A stretch of DNA of 64,000 bases from Octopus sinensis (Eukaryota), in assembly GCF_006345805.1 (NCBI RefSeq), contig NC_043015.1:19902001-19966000 (forward strand), in the 5' to 3' direction. This document shows, one piece after another, positions 12,894 to 24,624 of the stretch. Within the stretch, counting starts at the first letter, position 1. Every line of letters starts with the position of its first letter. The notes below the pieces were generated by a model. The model was given only the letters and a program-made list of their open reading frames with translations. It did not search any database and was not told the DNA's origin. The position numbers and the translations under genes were made by a program.

Positions 12894-13869
12894 ATTTAAA
12901 CTAAACCATTCTTCTCTCTATAATTAACTTTCTCCCTCCCTTCTTATAGTGGTTCCTCTCCCCTTTAGTTTTTCTCTCTTTTCTCTACTTTTATAAGTAG
13001 CCCTGGGCAATGAAAGACACACGGAATCCCTGTTTGATTAGTTCATTATTTCTGTATCAATAAGGTTCAGCTATGATAATTAACGATATCACAGATGCTT
13101 GTGGATTGCATGACAGATTAATGAACACAGTTACCACCTGTCGGCCACTTAATCACCTATCATGATGTGCATGGCTAGAAGTCATTAGTCCAACCATCCT
13201 GACGAAATAAGATAATAGTGAAGGAGCTATTTTGGGATCACCTGTCTGGTCTTGACTAGAGTGCTGTTAGGCATGGCTCCTCAACCATAGTAAAATCGAC
13301 TTAAGTAGGAGAGCAGCAACTATGAATGTAATTTTTCACAGGAAAGGTGTGGACTCCACAAACCACAACAAGGGCAAACAATCTAAGAGAGTTGTATCTC
13401 TGAATAATAAAAAAAAATCTGCATGGAAGAGACAAAGGCAATTTAAGAGAATATAGTAACTCAATAGAAATTGATACTGTATATAGGAGGGAAGGGGTCG
13501 CTTTGGTCTTGATAGATAAGTTTTCTAGTGATGGTAGTATGAAAAAAAATGCAGAGAACCCAAGAAGTAAAGCGGTTGATGGAGGGAAGGATACCCACTA
13601 CATGCTGTAAAGTTATAGGGCATTCAGCCATTAGGGTGGTCAGAAATACAATGAAAACCCTTAATTGCATATATAAGACTAACACTTACCATGTTAATAT
13701 GGTACTAAGTAGCAGGGAAGTTAGGTCGGAACATCAGGTCAAGTTAGAGAACCCCTCGTGACCACATGATCACACCAACTGTCTTCCTTTCAGATCCAGA
13801 TATCAGACACAAATAATTTACCTGCCACAGGAAACTTTTCTCTTCTTGTCAGCTGCAAGACTTGAGTAC

Positions 13870-14270
13870 AGCTACCATCAATGTTGGCACAATGAAAGGT
13901 AGGCCTGGAGGGATTGTAGAGATGCTACAGCAGAGGTGAGTAGAATTGTGCTGCATACAATGGGGTAAGACGAAGAGGCACCTCGGTCAAAGTCTTCACA
14001 GGGAATGATCACAGATACAAATTCTTCTGTGTGGGTAACAGAACAAGGAAGGTGGAATAGGTATTTTGTTGCTAGAGAAATGGATAAAGCTACTGAGGTT
14101 GTTGAAGTGTGTAACAGAATAATTAACCGTAGATTAGTCATAGGCAAATATAACAACAACAGTTATCTCTCAGCATTCACACCTAAAGCAGGACTTGACA
14201 GATTACCAAAACGACCATTTCTATGAGATCTCCTTGCAGAATTCTTTGATTAATAAGTGAGAGTGACTGT
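13870..14270 (+). pseudogene. Decayed RTE apurinic-endonuclease domain
   Basis: Frames give GNDHRYKFFCVGN, EMDKATEVVEVCNRII..RLVIG and SAFTPKAGL (cf. RTE SAYAPQ.G), with stops and frameshifts. Confidence 0.7.
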
Positions 14271-14329
14271 CATTATGCTGCTAATTTAATTTGTTCACCC
14301 CTACCTAGACACTTGTCTCCTTGTCCTCG

Positions 14330-14640
14330 TTATCCATTGTGTCCTATCTTCAAGGCTCTGTACTATCCACTGTGCCCAGGTTTTCTTCCTCTCTACATCA
14401 CCCTTTCGGCGTTTCCTTCTTGCAGTTGTCAACTACATGAAACAATGGGACATCAACAGTACCAATTTCACTGACCACAAACGGTCTGTAATGTCCATGC
14501 ACACTGCTCCTTCCTCCAGATAACCATCCAACCATTTCACCACCCACTATTCCTGGGAGCATCATGGGTGTAGATCCTCAAGCACCTCCTCCATAGGGTC
14601 CTATCAAAAGCAACCCTCATTACACTCTCTGACTAGATAC
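14330..14640 (-). pseudogene. Decayed LINE ORF2 C-terminal remnant
   Basis: Degenerate W(Y/F)GHV and RGRP.KTW-like segments on the minus strand. Confidence 0.45.
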
Positions 14641-14669
14641 CTAGGTAAGACCAACAGAGACCAACAGGG

Positions 14670-15092
14670 CATTATTTACATTTGACAGATGTTTGTTCTC
14701 ATCTTGTTTGTTGTTAACACAACGTTTCGGCTGATACACCCTCCAGTCTTCATCAGGTGTCTTGGGGAAATTTCGAACCTGGGTTCTTGTTCCTAAGGTA
14801 TTTTTTGATATTATTATTAGTCAGGTCACTGCCTGGAATCAAACTCAGAATCTTGGGGTTAGTAGCCTGCGCTCTTAACCACTATGCCATATGCCCGCAT
14901 CGTCGTCGTCGTCATCATCATCATCTACTACCACCTTAGGAATGAGAACCCAGGTTCGAAATTTCCCCAAGATACCTGATGAGTGCTGGAGGGTATATCA
15001 GCCGAAACATGTCAACAACAAACAAGATGAGGGCAAATATCTGTCAAATGTAAATAATGTACATAATTCTTCATCTCTTAAATATAGAACTG
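14670..15092 (-). mobile_element. tRNA-head + hammerhead-tail fold-back element, copy 1
   Basis: Minus-strand head 14822-14896 and tail to 14670; inverted partial tail 14933-15092 with ~35-nt extension. Confidence 0.85.
14716..14761 (-). ncRNA. Minimal type I hammerhead ribozyme motif (best-preserved arm)
   Basis: GACAC CTGATGA A GACTG GAGGGTGTAT CAGCC GAAAC GTT GTGTT: intact CUGAUGA and GAAA cores, stem I GACAC/GUGUU, palindromic AACGTT at stem III, one stem II mismatch. Activity untested. Confidence 0.7.
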
Positions 15093-15219
15093 CATTATAA
15101 ATATTGTTAGATGCTTAGTCTGAAGTTCTACAATTCCTGAAACTTTAGTTACAATATCATAAACTTTAGTATTATTTTATGACAATATATATCAGTTACT
15201 TTAACTAATAACACGCTGG

Positions 15220-15480
15220 GTTGTGGAATGCTTCCACCAGAGATGCCTTCACGCCATCATGGACATCTTATGGAAGGAACACATCACTAACAACTAAGTC
15301 CTTCAGCAGGTCAATGTCCTGAGCACTGAAACCATGCTGCTGCTCAGATGGGCAGGCCATATCTCACATGAACAATTCTAGAATTCCAAAGGCCATGTTC
15401 TACAGTGAGCTCAGCCAGGACAAAATAGATAGGAGCACCCTCACCACCACCACCACCACCACAAATGTTTCAAAGACTAG
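15220..15480 (+). pseudogene. RTE-BovB-like ORF2 C-terminal remnant
   Basis: ECFHQRCLHAIMDILWKEHITN and LRWAGHISHMNNSRIPKAMFYSEL. Confidence 0.75.
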
Positions 15481-15939
15481 CAGAAACACCAGCTCACCCA
15501 GGCAAGGATATACCCATCAAGGCGGTGCACCAGCATGGCCACAATCCAATGATTGAAACAAGTAAAAGATAAATGGCAGACCATTTATATGATGCACTCC
15601 AACAAGCAGCAACCTCTACCATTTCTATCAAAGAATAACATCAACCAACAAAGATAATTTTCTAAGGAATAAAGTTATATTTCTTTCCTGTCTGCCTCCT
15701 CATATTGAAATAATATTACCTCACTATAAAAACACAAAATTCAAAGAATTCAGCCACCTGCATTTGTTTTAGATGATATCTGCAGTGAACCAGAAATTGG
15801 TCTGTCAGAATTTCACCTCTAATTAGACAGTTTTCCACAAATAAATTATATAAATGTAAAACATATTTATAAAAAAGAAAAAGATATGAAATAAGAAAAA
15901 TGTGTCAATATTTTTTTTGTCTTTGAAATAAAGTAACAT

Positions 15940-17730
15940 TTGTAATAATTCTCTCTAATTTTGAAAGAAGGAAAGCAATTTTGAGGGCTGGGAAAGTTGT
16001 TTACATCGCCCCCAGTACTTGATTGGTATGTTATTTTATCGATCTGAAAAGGTTGAAAGGCAAAGTTCACCTCAGTAACATTTGAATTCAGAAAGTAAAG
16101 AACCAGAAGAAATGAGGCTAAGCATTTTGTTTGACGCACTAATGATTCAGCCATCTCACCACCCTAATAATAATAATAATAATAATAATCTTTTCTACTA
16201 TAGGCACAAGGCCTGAAATTTGTGGGAGGGGGATAGTGGTACTTGATTTATCAACTTTGAAAGGATAAAAAGCAAAGTTAACCTCGGCAGAATTTGAACT
16301 CAGAACATAGAGGTGGGCGAAATAATGTTAAGCACTTCATCCAGTGTGTTAACAATTCTGCCAGCTCACCACCTTAATAATAATAAGAGCAATCAGAGAG
16401 CACAAACCTCCACCAAGGCAACACCAACGTTCTCTTAATGATTAGCCAGAGATGATTTTTAAAAGGCAAATATCTGAAATAAACTCGACTGCTCTCACAA
16501 ACGAAAATACTAAAAATAAACCCAAAATCTAATCAGTTTGTGCCAATCACAAGGCCAAACATCCCTGAAAGTTTCATCTGAATCCATCCAGCAGTTCTTG
16601 AGATATCTTGTCCACAGACTAACAAACAAACAAACATGAATGAAAACAATACCTCTACCTTCGCTAAGGCAGAGATATTAATAACTGCTTACAGACAAAG
16701 CTACAAAAATGGTGGATGATATCAATTAAATTAAATCTTGTATTGGACTGGTACTACATTTTACTGACCTCAAAGGAGGAAAAATAAAGCTGACCTAAGC
16801 AGAATATGAACCCAGAATTGAAAAGAACAATACTACAAAGCAATTTTTCCAATGCTCAAACAATTTTGCCAATTCACCAAATAAAAATAATTCTTTCTAA
16901 ATTAGACACAAGACAAATGGTTTTGATGGGGAGGATGTTGATAAATTAAATAAACCCTTGACGGATAAAAGGTAAAGTTTAACTTGGGTAGGATTTGAAC
17001 TAAGAACATAAAGACCCAGAACAATTCCACCAAAGCTTTTACCTGTTAGTCTAACGATTCTGCTAATCAACCAACATTTAAAAAAATAAATAAAATAAAA
17101 ACAAAAAAAAAGATAAAAAATTTCAGATAAAAAGAAATACGAAAATGGGTCAATATTTTGCCTTTGAATTAAAAACAAAGCAACAACAAGAATAATCCTT
17201 ACTACTATAAGCACAAAGCCGGGATTTTTGTGGGGAGGGGGACAATCAATCACATCAACTTCAGTACCTGACTGGTGCTTAATTTATCGACCCTGAAAGG
17301 ATGAAAGGCAAAGACGACCTCAGCAGAATTTGAACTCAGAACGTAGCAATAGACAAAATACCACTGAGCATTTCACCCGACATGCTAATGACTTTTTTTC
17401 TACTCTAGGCACAAGGCCTGGAATTTTGGGGGAGGGGGCCAGTCGATTAGATCAACACCAGTATGCAACTGGTACTTAATTCATCAACCCTGAAAGGATG
17501 AAAGGCAAAGTCAACCTCAGCAGAATTCGAACTCAGAACGTAGCAACTGATGAAATACCGCTAAGCATTTCGCCTAGCATGCTAACGATTCTGCCAGCTC
17601 ACTGCCTTATCAACAACATTCATAACAACTACAATAAACAACTTATATAGACCAGAAATTTGTGAGGAGGGAACAGCTGATTCCATCCAGACACCCACCC
17701 ACCCATTACCCCACTAGTACTTCACTGGTA
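15940..17730 (-). mobile_element. Cluster of about 7 Nin/Deu-like SINE copies or fragments, all minus strand
   Basis: GAAAGGATGAAAGGCAAAGT...GAATTTGAACTCAGAAC recurs near 16040, 16260, 16780, 16970, 17290 and 17490; tail fragment at ~17650. Confidence 0.8.
16384..16682 (+). mobile_element. Helentron/DINE-1-like non-autonomous element (HINE)
   Basis: 5' ACCTCCACCAAGGC, internal AAAGTTTCATCTGAATCC...TTGAGATAT core, (ACAA)n tract, 3' hairpin CTCTACC-TTCGCTAA-GGCAGAG. Confidence 0.65.
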
Positions 17731-18529
17731 CTTATAGTAATAATAATGATAATTATAAAGATTTTCACATATGGTTGTCATAAAGGAGTTTATTATTTCA
17801 CATTGAAAGGTTTCACATATGATGGAAGGGAGGAGCAAAATGCTTATTCCATAACTTAAGAATAATTATACTATATATATGTTATCTGGTGGCATGAAAT
17901 TTACTCTGGAAATAAAGTCATATTGTTAAAAGAAACCTGATCCTCATGTTCCAAAATATGATAGATTAATAACTGTGATATTTAGTCAAAGCTAAAGGTT
18001 AGATTTACAAAAATAATCTTTTCTCTTGGTTCCCAGCTAAACCTTCTTATCAACCATCTGTGTCGTGTGTGTGTACATGCACACACACACACACACGCAT
18101 GCGCACACACTAATCATGAAAGTAATTGGACCTCCAGAAAAACTATTTATAAAATTATATTTTACCAAAGCTTTAGAAATATATTGTCAGTATGTTTCTC
18201 TTGTTGTTGTTTAGCCCCAGGTCAAACCTGATTCCAGTAGTCTTATAAACAAAAGGCATTCCAGCCAGTAAGAGTGTGTATGACTACAATATAGAAAGTG
18301 TCCTTTCCTTATTCAAGTCATTTATGAAGGTAGGGAGAGCTACAGCTGATATTTCTAGCAGATCAAAGGACCATATTAAACAGAGATGAGGCCTCTCACC
18401 TGCAGGACAAACTGCACCACATTGAAATTACCGACCAATGAGACCTCTATATGCAAAAAAAAATAATTAAAAAAAAACAAACAAAGCATTTTAAGCCAAG
18501 ATCAAAACAGTAATTAAATATAAGCTGAC

Positions 18530-18775
18530 CAAGACCTTTGGCGATATGCTGTGCTTGAGAAGACTCATCAAGGCAAGTGAAATGGCACCTGTGAAATCAT
18601 AGTCGTGGCTGTTGTTGGTGTTATGTAAAAGACACCCATGCTGGTGGCACGTAAAAAGCACCCACTACACTCTCAGAGTGGAACCTGGTGCAGCTCTCCA
18701 GCTTACCAGTTACTGTTAAACCATCTAATCCATGCCAGCATGGAAAGCAGACAAGTTAAATGATGGTGATAATGA
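18530..18775 (+). mobile_element. RTE 3' end
   Basis: GCTGTGCTTGAGAAGAC...GGCACGTAAAAAGCACCCACTACACTCTC...TTAAATGATGGTGAT. Confidence 0.75.
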
Positions 18776-19130
18776 GGAGACCTTTGAGTTTTGTTTTTTT
18801 TCAGCAGAGATGTACCCCAAAGGTTCTTCCAATTCACTTCCAGTACTTAATATATTCCCCCCATCCTTGATGTAGAAGGTTTTTTTTTATATTCTTTATA
18901 TTTAAGTTGTTCACCCACTCCCGTGACTTTTTAAACAATTTTATTATTTGGGAAAATAAAAAATTTATGATGCACTAGATTCTGTTTGTATCACGATCAA
19001 TAGTTTCAATTTATTTTCACCTCACTCCTACTCCAATTAATACAGTTTCAGTGAATTTATAAACCTCTATTCCACTGCCTGTCACAGTTTCTCATTAATT
19101 GTTGGTGTTTCTTGAACTCCAGTCAATTTA

Positions 19131-20432
19131 TTGGCTCATCCCATAAATAATGCAGTGTTTTCAATTGCATGAACTAAAAGTTGGAGGGCAATGGGATAAA
19201 CTACTTGCATCAACTTGCTATAAAAGCATATAGTAAATTTACCTTTTACTTATTCTTAGTGCAAGTTTTGAAGAGTGCAGTTCGATTTTAACAGTTATGT
19301 TTTCAAAGCTATAATGGAGCATATTCAACATATTGTACTTTATGAGTTCAATAAAGGCAACAATGCAACAGAATGTGCAATGAATATTAATGCAGTATAT
19401 GGGGATCGGACAATAAGCGTAAGCCAATGTCGAGAGTGGTTTCAGAAATTCCGAGCTGGAAACTGCAGCCTAGAAAATGATCCTCATCCTGGGAGATCTA
19501 TAGAGTATGACGAAGATGTTCTGCAAGCTCTGGTGGAACAAAATCCCATCATAACTGTTGAGGAACTAGCAGACAAGTATGGAATTGGTCATTCAACCAT
19601 TCATCAACACTCATTGGATCAATGAGTAATTGTATGCACAGAGAGAGAATGTGTGCTCTTCTTTGCTGTCATGTCTCACGAATGAGCCTTTTTGGGACTG
19701 AATAGTGACTGGTGATGAGAAATGGGTTCTCTACAAAAATGTCAAGTGCCAAAGACAGTGGGTAGAGAAAGGAGAAACACCGGCACTCCAGACTAAAGAA
19801 GTTCTTTCCCCACATAAGGTGTTTTTATCTGTTTGGTGGGAAATGAAAGGATTAGTCCACTGAACTTTTAACCCCAAACCAAACAATAACAACGGAGATC
19901 TACTGCAAGCAGCTTGAGCAGCTTAAGTCAGTACTAAAAGCAAAACAACCATCTTTGCTTTCAAGATGAAAGGTGTTCTTCCATCAGTATAATGCTCAGC
20001 CACATACAGCAAAGATGACATTCGAAAGGCTGGAGCAGTTTGAATGGGAAAAGATGCCCACCCACCATGTTTGCTGGATATTGCCCCATCTGATTATCAC
20101 TTATTCTTTTGTCTTCAGAGAAAATATGAATTCTGTAGACAAGGTCAGGAGAGTACTGGAAGAGTATTTTTCATCACGGACAAGTGAATTTTGGAAGAAG
20201 GGCCTTGTACTTCTACAAGATAGATGGAAGAGCATTGTAGAAAAAGAAGGAGAGTATATGTTAGATTTTTTTTTTTAATTTGTTTATCTTAATTTTGCCT
20301 GGTGCAGCCTCCTGGCTTGCCAGTTCTCAGTCAAACCGTCCAACTCATGCCAGCATGGAAAGTGTATGTTAAATGACGATGATGATGAAAAGAAGTATAA
20401 AAAAAAACTACATTATTTATGGGTCAACCCAA
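19131..20432 (+). mobile_element. Full-length but dead mariner transposon
   Basis: TA-flanked, 25-bp TIRs (20/25 match), 1.3 kb. Transposase has HTH regions, IVTGDEKW, HQYNAQPH and DIAPSDYHLF, with frameshifts, stops and no WVPHEL linker. Confidence 0.93.
20298..20388 (+). mobile_element. Short RTE 3' tail nested in the mariner 3' subterminal region
   Basis: GCCTGGTGCAGCC...CATGCCAGCATGGAAAG...GATGATGATGA between the transposase end and the right TIR. Confidence 0.8.
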
Positions 20433-20868
20433 TAATGATATACTCAGACTGTCACACAACACCACATATTAGAAGATTAGTATGGTCCACTACGAGACAG
20501 AAGCATAGCACACCCTGTGCCACAGAAGTAAAGCATATTAAGTGTTTATAGATCACATATAGTCATTTTCCCAACTCCCTTATGTGTCAAAAGCTGACCC
20601 AAGATTATACAAAAGGGATTACACCAGTCTGAGAGTGCTAGAAATGAAAGATATGTGAAAGCTACTAAGATGCAGCCAAGGCAAATAAATGCCAGCATAG
20701 AAAGACAAAAGAACATAAAAGTGGAGCAGAAAGAAGTTGATCATATTAAATGTATGCACAGTCAAAAGTGATAGATTTTCATTATAATTTTTGAAATAAA
20801 TTTTCCTTAAGAATGTTCAACTATTCTTGGATTCCAAGTTATTTACAGTAATGGAAAGCACAGATGTA

Positions 20869-21078
20869 CAATAATCCCTCAACTATTGCAGGTGTTATGT
20901 TCCAAAACCCCACTGCAACAGGTGAAAATCTGCAAAGTAGAAACAGTACTGCACTGTATATTTTTTAATTCTTTTTTATAATTTTTATCATAAATGCAAA
21001 ACAACACCACAGAGGAATTGACATAAGCTTAAATGATAAACCGTGATAAGTGAACTGTGATATGGCAAGGGATTACTG
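20869..21078. mobile_element. Tigger/pogo-like MITE
   Basis: Termini CAATAATCCCTC / AAGGGATTACTG; TA on the left, CA on the right. Confidence 0.65.
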
Positions 21079-21182
21079 CAATGACAATTTTCATATTTAA
21101 TTCATTCTTAATGAAAGATTCAAAGTAGATAAAGCTTTAAACAATAGCAGGCAAATATCTATTTTCTATTACATTGTGCACA

Positions 21183-21378
21183 GGGGGCTAAACATAGAGG
21201 GGACAAACAAGAACAGACAAAGGGATTAAATTGATTACATCGACCCCAGTGCATAACTGGTATTTATTTAATTGACCCCAAAAGGATGAAAACAAAATCG
21301 ACCTCAACGGAACAGCAGACGAAATACCGCTAAGCATTTTGCCTGACATGCTGACATTTCTGCCAGCTCACTGCCTTA
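21183..21378 (-). mobile_element. Nin/Deu-like SINE, long-tail variant
   Basis: GGGGCTAAACATAGAGGGGACAAACAAG tail matches the copy at 45669. Confidence 0.75.
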
Positions 21379-21399
21379 GTAACTTTTATCTCAGCTGCA

Positions 21400-21745
21400 C
21401 CAGCAATGACCATCAGGGATACACCAGCAGAATACAAGCTCCTGATAGGGCCTTCCATGCTAGACAGATCAAAGGATAGAAGCCAGACTAATATGGACCA
21501 CTTCTTCTCAGAGATCTAAATGGGTTTGCATAGGACCAAGATGAAGTTATACATCCATCGATGACAATTCAAAGCCAACAAGACCTAGGAGAGGTAGACC
21601 CCTCCTCAGGGAAACATATGACACAGGATTCTGAGGCAGAATTCAAAAAGCAGGGATCCAACTGGAGAGAAGCAGAAAAGACTGCCTAGAGTCAAGAAAA
21701 GTCATCAATGGTCTATGCTCTAAAGGCAGTGATGAAAGGCTTAAG
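21400..21745 (+). pseudogene. Decayed RTE ORF2 C-terminal remnant
   Basis: RRGRP and EAEFKKQGSNWREAEKTA-like segments. Confidence 0.5.
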
Positions 21746-21870
21746 ATGTTAAGGTAAGCAATGTCTACTCAGCTACAACTATTGACTGTTAAATATTAAA
21801 AGTAAATGATTTCTAATGCATTATAGAAATGCCAATTTAATGCATGAAATTCAATGTATAATCCAATAAA

Positions 21871-22190
21871 TCATCATTTAACGTCCGTTGTCCATGCGGG
21901 CATGGGTTGGACGGTTTGATTGGGCTGGCATGCTGGAAGGCTGCACTAGGATCCAGTCTGATTTGGCATGGTTTTCTACAGCTGGATGCCCTTCCTAACG
22001 CCAACCACTCTGTGAGTGTAAAGGGGCTTTTACGTGCCACTGGCACAAGTGCCATTTGCATGACACCAGTATCTGCCACAAATGCTATTTTGCTCGGCTT
22101 GATGGGTCTTCTCAAGCACAACATAATGCCAAAGGTCTTGGTCATTGCCTCCATGAGGCCCAACGCATGAAAGGAACTCAGCCACCTCAC
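21871..22190 (-). mobile_element. RTE 3' end (minisatellite subfamily, 1-2 units)
   Basis: (CAT) tail; ends in GCCTCCATGAGGCCC...GGAACTCAGCCAC units as at 10457. Confidence 0.8.
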
Positions 22191-22270
22191 CTCCAATGTT
22201 TTGTTGTTAGACACAGTATCCCACTGCTTTTGAACTTCATTATATGTACCTCAGAGTGACAAATCTTTAA

Positions 22271-22477
22271 CCCTTTAACATTCAGATTACTCTGTCAAAA
22301 ACAATGCTTATTCACATTACTTTGAAATTAATCATGCATTATGTTATAGCTTTGAAATTTTGAAGATGTGATTGTTTAATTTTAGAATAATGTCGGGTCA
22401 ATGTGAGATGTCAGATCTGGCCAGTTTGAACAGGTGGAATGTTTGGGCCAGATATGGCTGGTTTAAGTGGTAAAGGC
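22271..22477. mobile_element. piggyBac-type MITE
   Basis: TTAA at 22267-22270 and 22478-22481; termini CCCTTTA / TAAAGGC. Confidence 0.65.
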
Positions 22478-22705
22478 TTAAATCACATGCAGGTGAGATT
22501 CCAAAATATTGTGCTTGGAGCTTTGAGATTTGGATAATGTGATTGTGTCAAAGACAGAATGACTTCTGCCTTTCCCTCAGTATCATATTTGTTAATACAG
22601 AGTGAGAAGTGTGTGCACATGTATTTCATCATTCACCTATGACTGAACTCATTTTTAGAGACATTTTATTCCATGCCATTAGATAAAATACTAATGTATT
22701 TTAAT

Positions 22706-24624
22706 GATGCCATATTCCTGGTTCAACATCTGCAGGAGAAATACCTAGCTAAAAATAAACCCCTCTATGTAGCTTTCATGGACTTGGAGAAAGCCTTTGA
22801 CAGGGTCCCCTGATCCCTTATCCGGTGGGTGATGTGGAAACTGGAGATTGACGTAATGGTTAATGAGGGCTGTACAGGCCCTGCACAGAGAGGCTGTCAG
22901 CAAGGTTAGGATTGACAATGAGTATAGTGAAGAATTCTGGGTAGAAGTAGGAGTCCACCAAGGTTCAGCCCTCAGTCCCCTTTTATTCATCATAGTCCTC
23001 CAGGCAATAACAGAGGAATTCAAGATGGGTTGCCCCTGGGAGCTCCTCTATGCTGATGATCTGGCCCTCATAGCAGAATCACTACCGGAACTAGAAAAGA
23101 AATTTGGGGTGTGGAAGCTAGGTTTGGAATCAAAAGGCCTTAGAGTCAATGTAGCAAAGACCAAAGTGCTAGTAAATAGGAAGACAAACACACCACACAC
23201 CCCTTCAGGTAGGTGGCCCTGCTTGATATGTAGAAAAGGTGTAGGTAGAAACTCCACAAGATGTACCCAGTGTAAGTTATAGACACATAAGAGGTGCGGC
23301 ACCATCAAAGGAAAATTAACCGAGAAGATAGCTTTCGCGTGTGGCAGATGCACAGGGGCAATAGACACCATTGATACTCAGAAAACAGATTCCATTACAC
23401 TCCTGGGGGAGAAACTAGAAGTAGTTGATAGTTTCCGCTACCTAGATGACCAAGTTAGTAGTGGGGGGTGGATGCTCAGAGAGTGTTACCAGTAGAATAA
23501 GAATAGCTTGGGCAAAGTTTAGAAAGCTCCTACCCCTACTGGTGACAAAGGGTCTCTCACTCAGAGTGAAAGGTAGATTGTACGATGCATGTGTGCGAAG
23601 TGCCATGCTTCACAGTAGTGAAACATGAGCTGTGACTGCAGAGGACATGCGTAGGCTTGAAAGAAATGAAGCTAGCATGATCCGCTGGATGTGTAATGTC
23701 AGTGTGCATACACAACAGAGTGTAAGTGCCCTGAGAGAAATGCTGGATATAAGAAGCATTGGATGTGGCATGCAAGAGAGATGTCTGCACTGGTATGGTC
23801 ATGTACTATGGATGGATGAGGAGAGATGTGTGAAGAAGTGCCACTCCCAAACAGTTGGAGGAATCCGGGGTAGAGGCAGACCCAGGAAGACATGGGATGA
23901 GGTGGTCAAGCATGACCTTTGAATGTTGGGTCTCACAGAGGCAATGACGAAAGGCCAAGACCTCTGGAAATATGCTGTGACTGCGAAGACCCGACAAATA
24001 ACATAAGTTCATGGCTGTTTCCTGCACCAACTTCACATAGAAGCCCTAGCCCATCCAAAGTGCCTTGGATCGCAGGACGGCCTGCTGTGCTTGCCTTGGA
24101 TTATAGGGTGACCTGCTGTGCTTGAGGAGACCTATTAAGTCAAGTACATCAACATCAAAAAATCAAATGGAAATTGTAGTTGTGATACCTGTGCCGGTGG
24201 CACATAAAAAGCACCATCCATACGTGGTCAATGCCAGCGCCGCCTTGACTGGCTTCCATGCCGGTGGCACGTAAAAAGCACCAACCGATCGTGGCCGTTG
24301 CCAGCCTCCCCTGGCACGTAAAAAACACCATCTGTACGTGGTCGATGCCAGCGCCACCTTGACTGGCTTCCATGCCGGTGACACGTAAAAAGCACCAACC
24401 GATCGTGGCCATTGCCAGCCTCCCCTGGCACCTGTGCCAGAGGAACATAAAAAGCACCCACTACACTCTCGGAGTGGTTGGCATTAGGAAGGGCATTCAG
24501 CTGTAGAAACACTGCCATTCAGACTGGAGCCTGGTGCAGCCTCCTGGCTTCCCAGACCCCGGTCAAACCATCTAACCCATGCTAGCATGGAAAATGGACG
24601 TTAAACGATGATGATGATGATGAT
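22706..24624 (+). mobile_element. 5'-truncated RTE-clade LINE (RT domain, Cys-rich motif, long 3' UTR, (GAT)n tail)
   Basis: DAIFLVQHLQEKY, DLEKAFDRVP, VHQGSALSP, LLYADDL, CLHWYGHV and RGRPRKTW, with several stops and frameshifts; ORF2 ends ~24006. Confidence 0.95.

Noticed and set aside
19275-20278. SETMAR-like domesticated gene
   Set aside because: No SET domain or splice link; TIRs are present and the ORF is broken.
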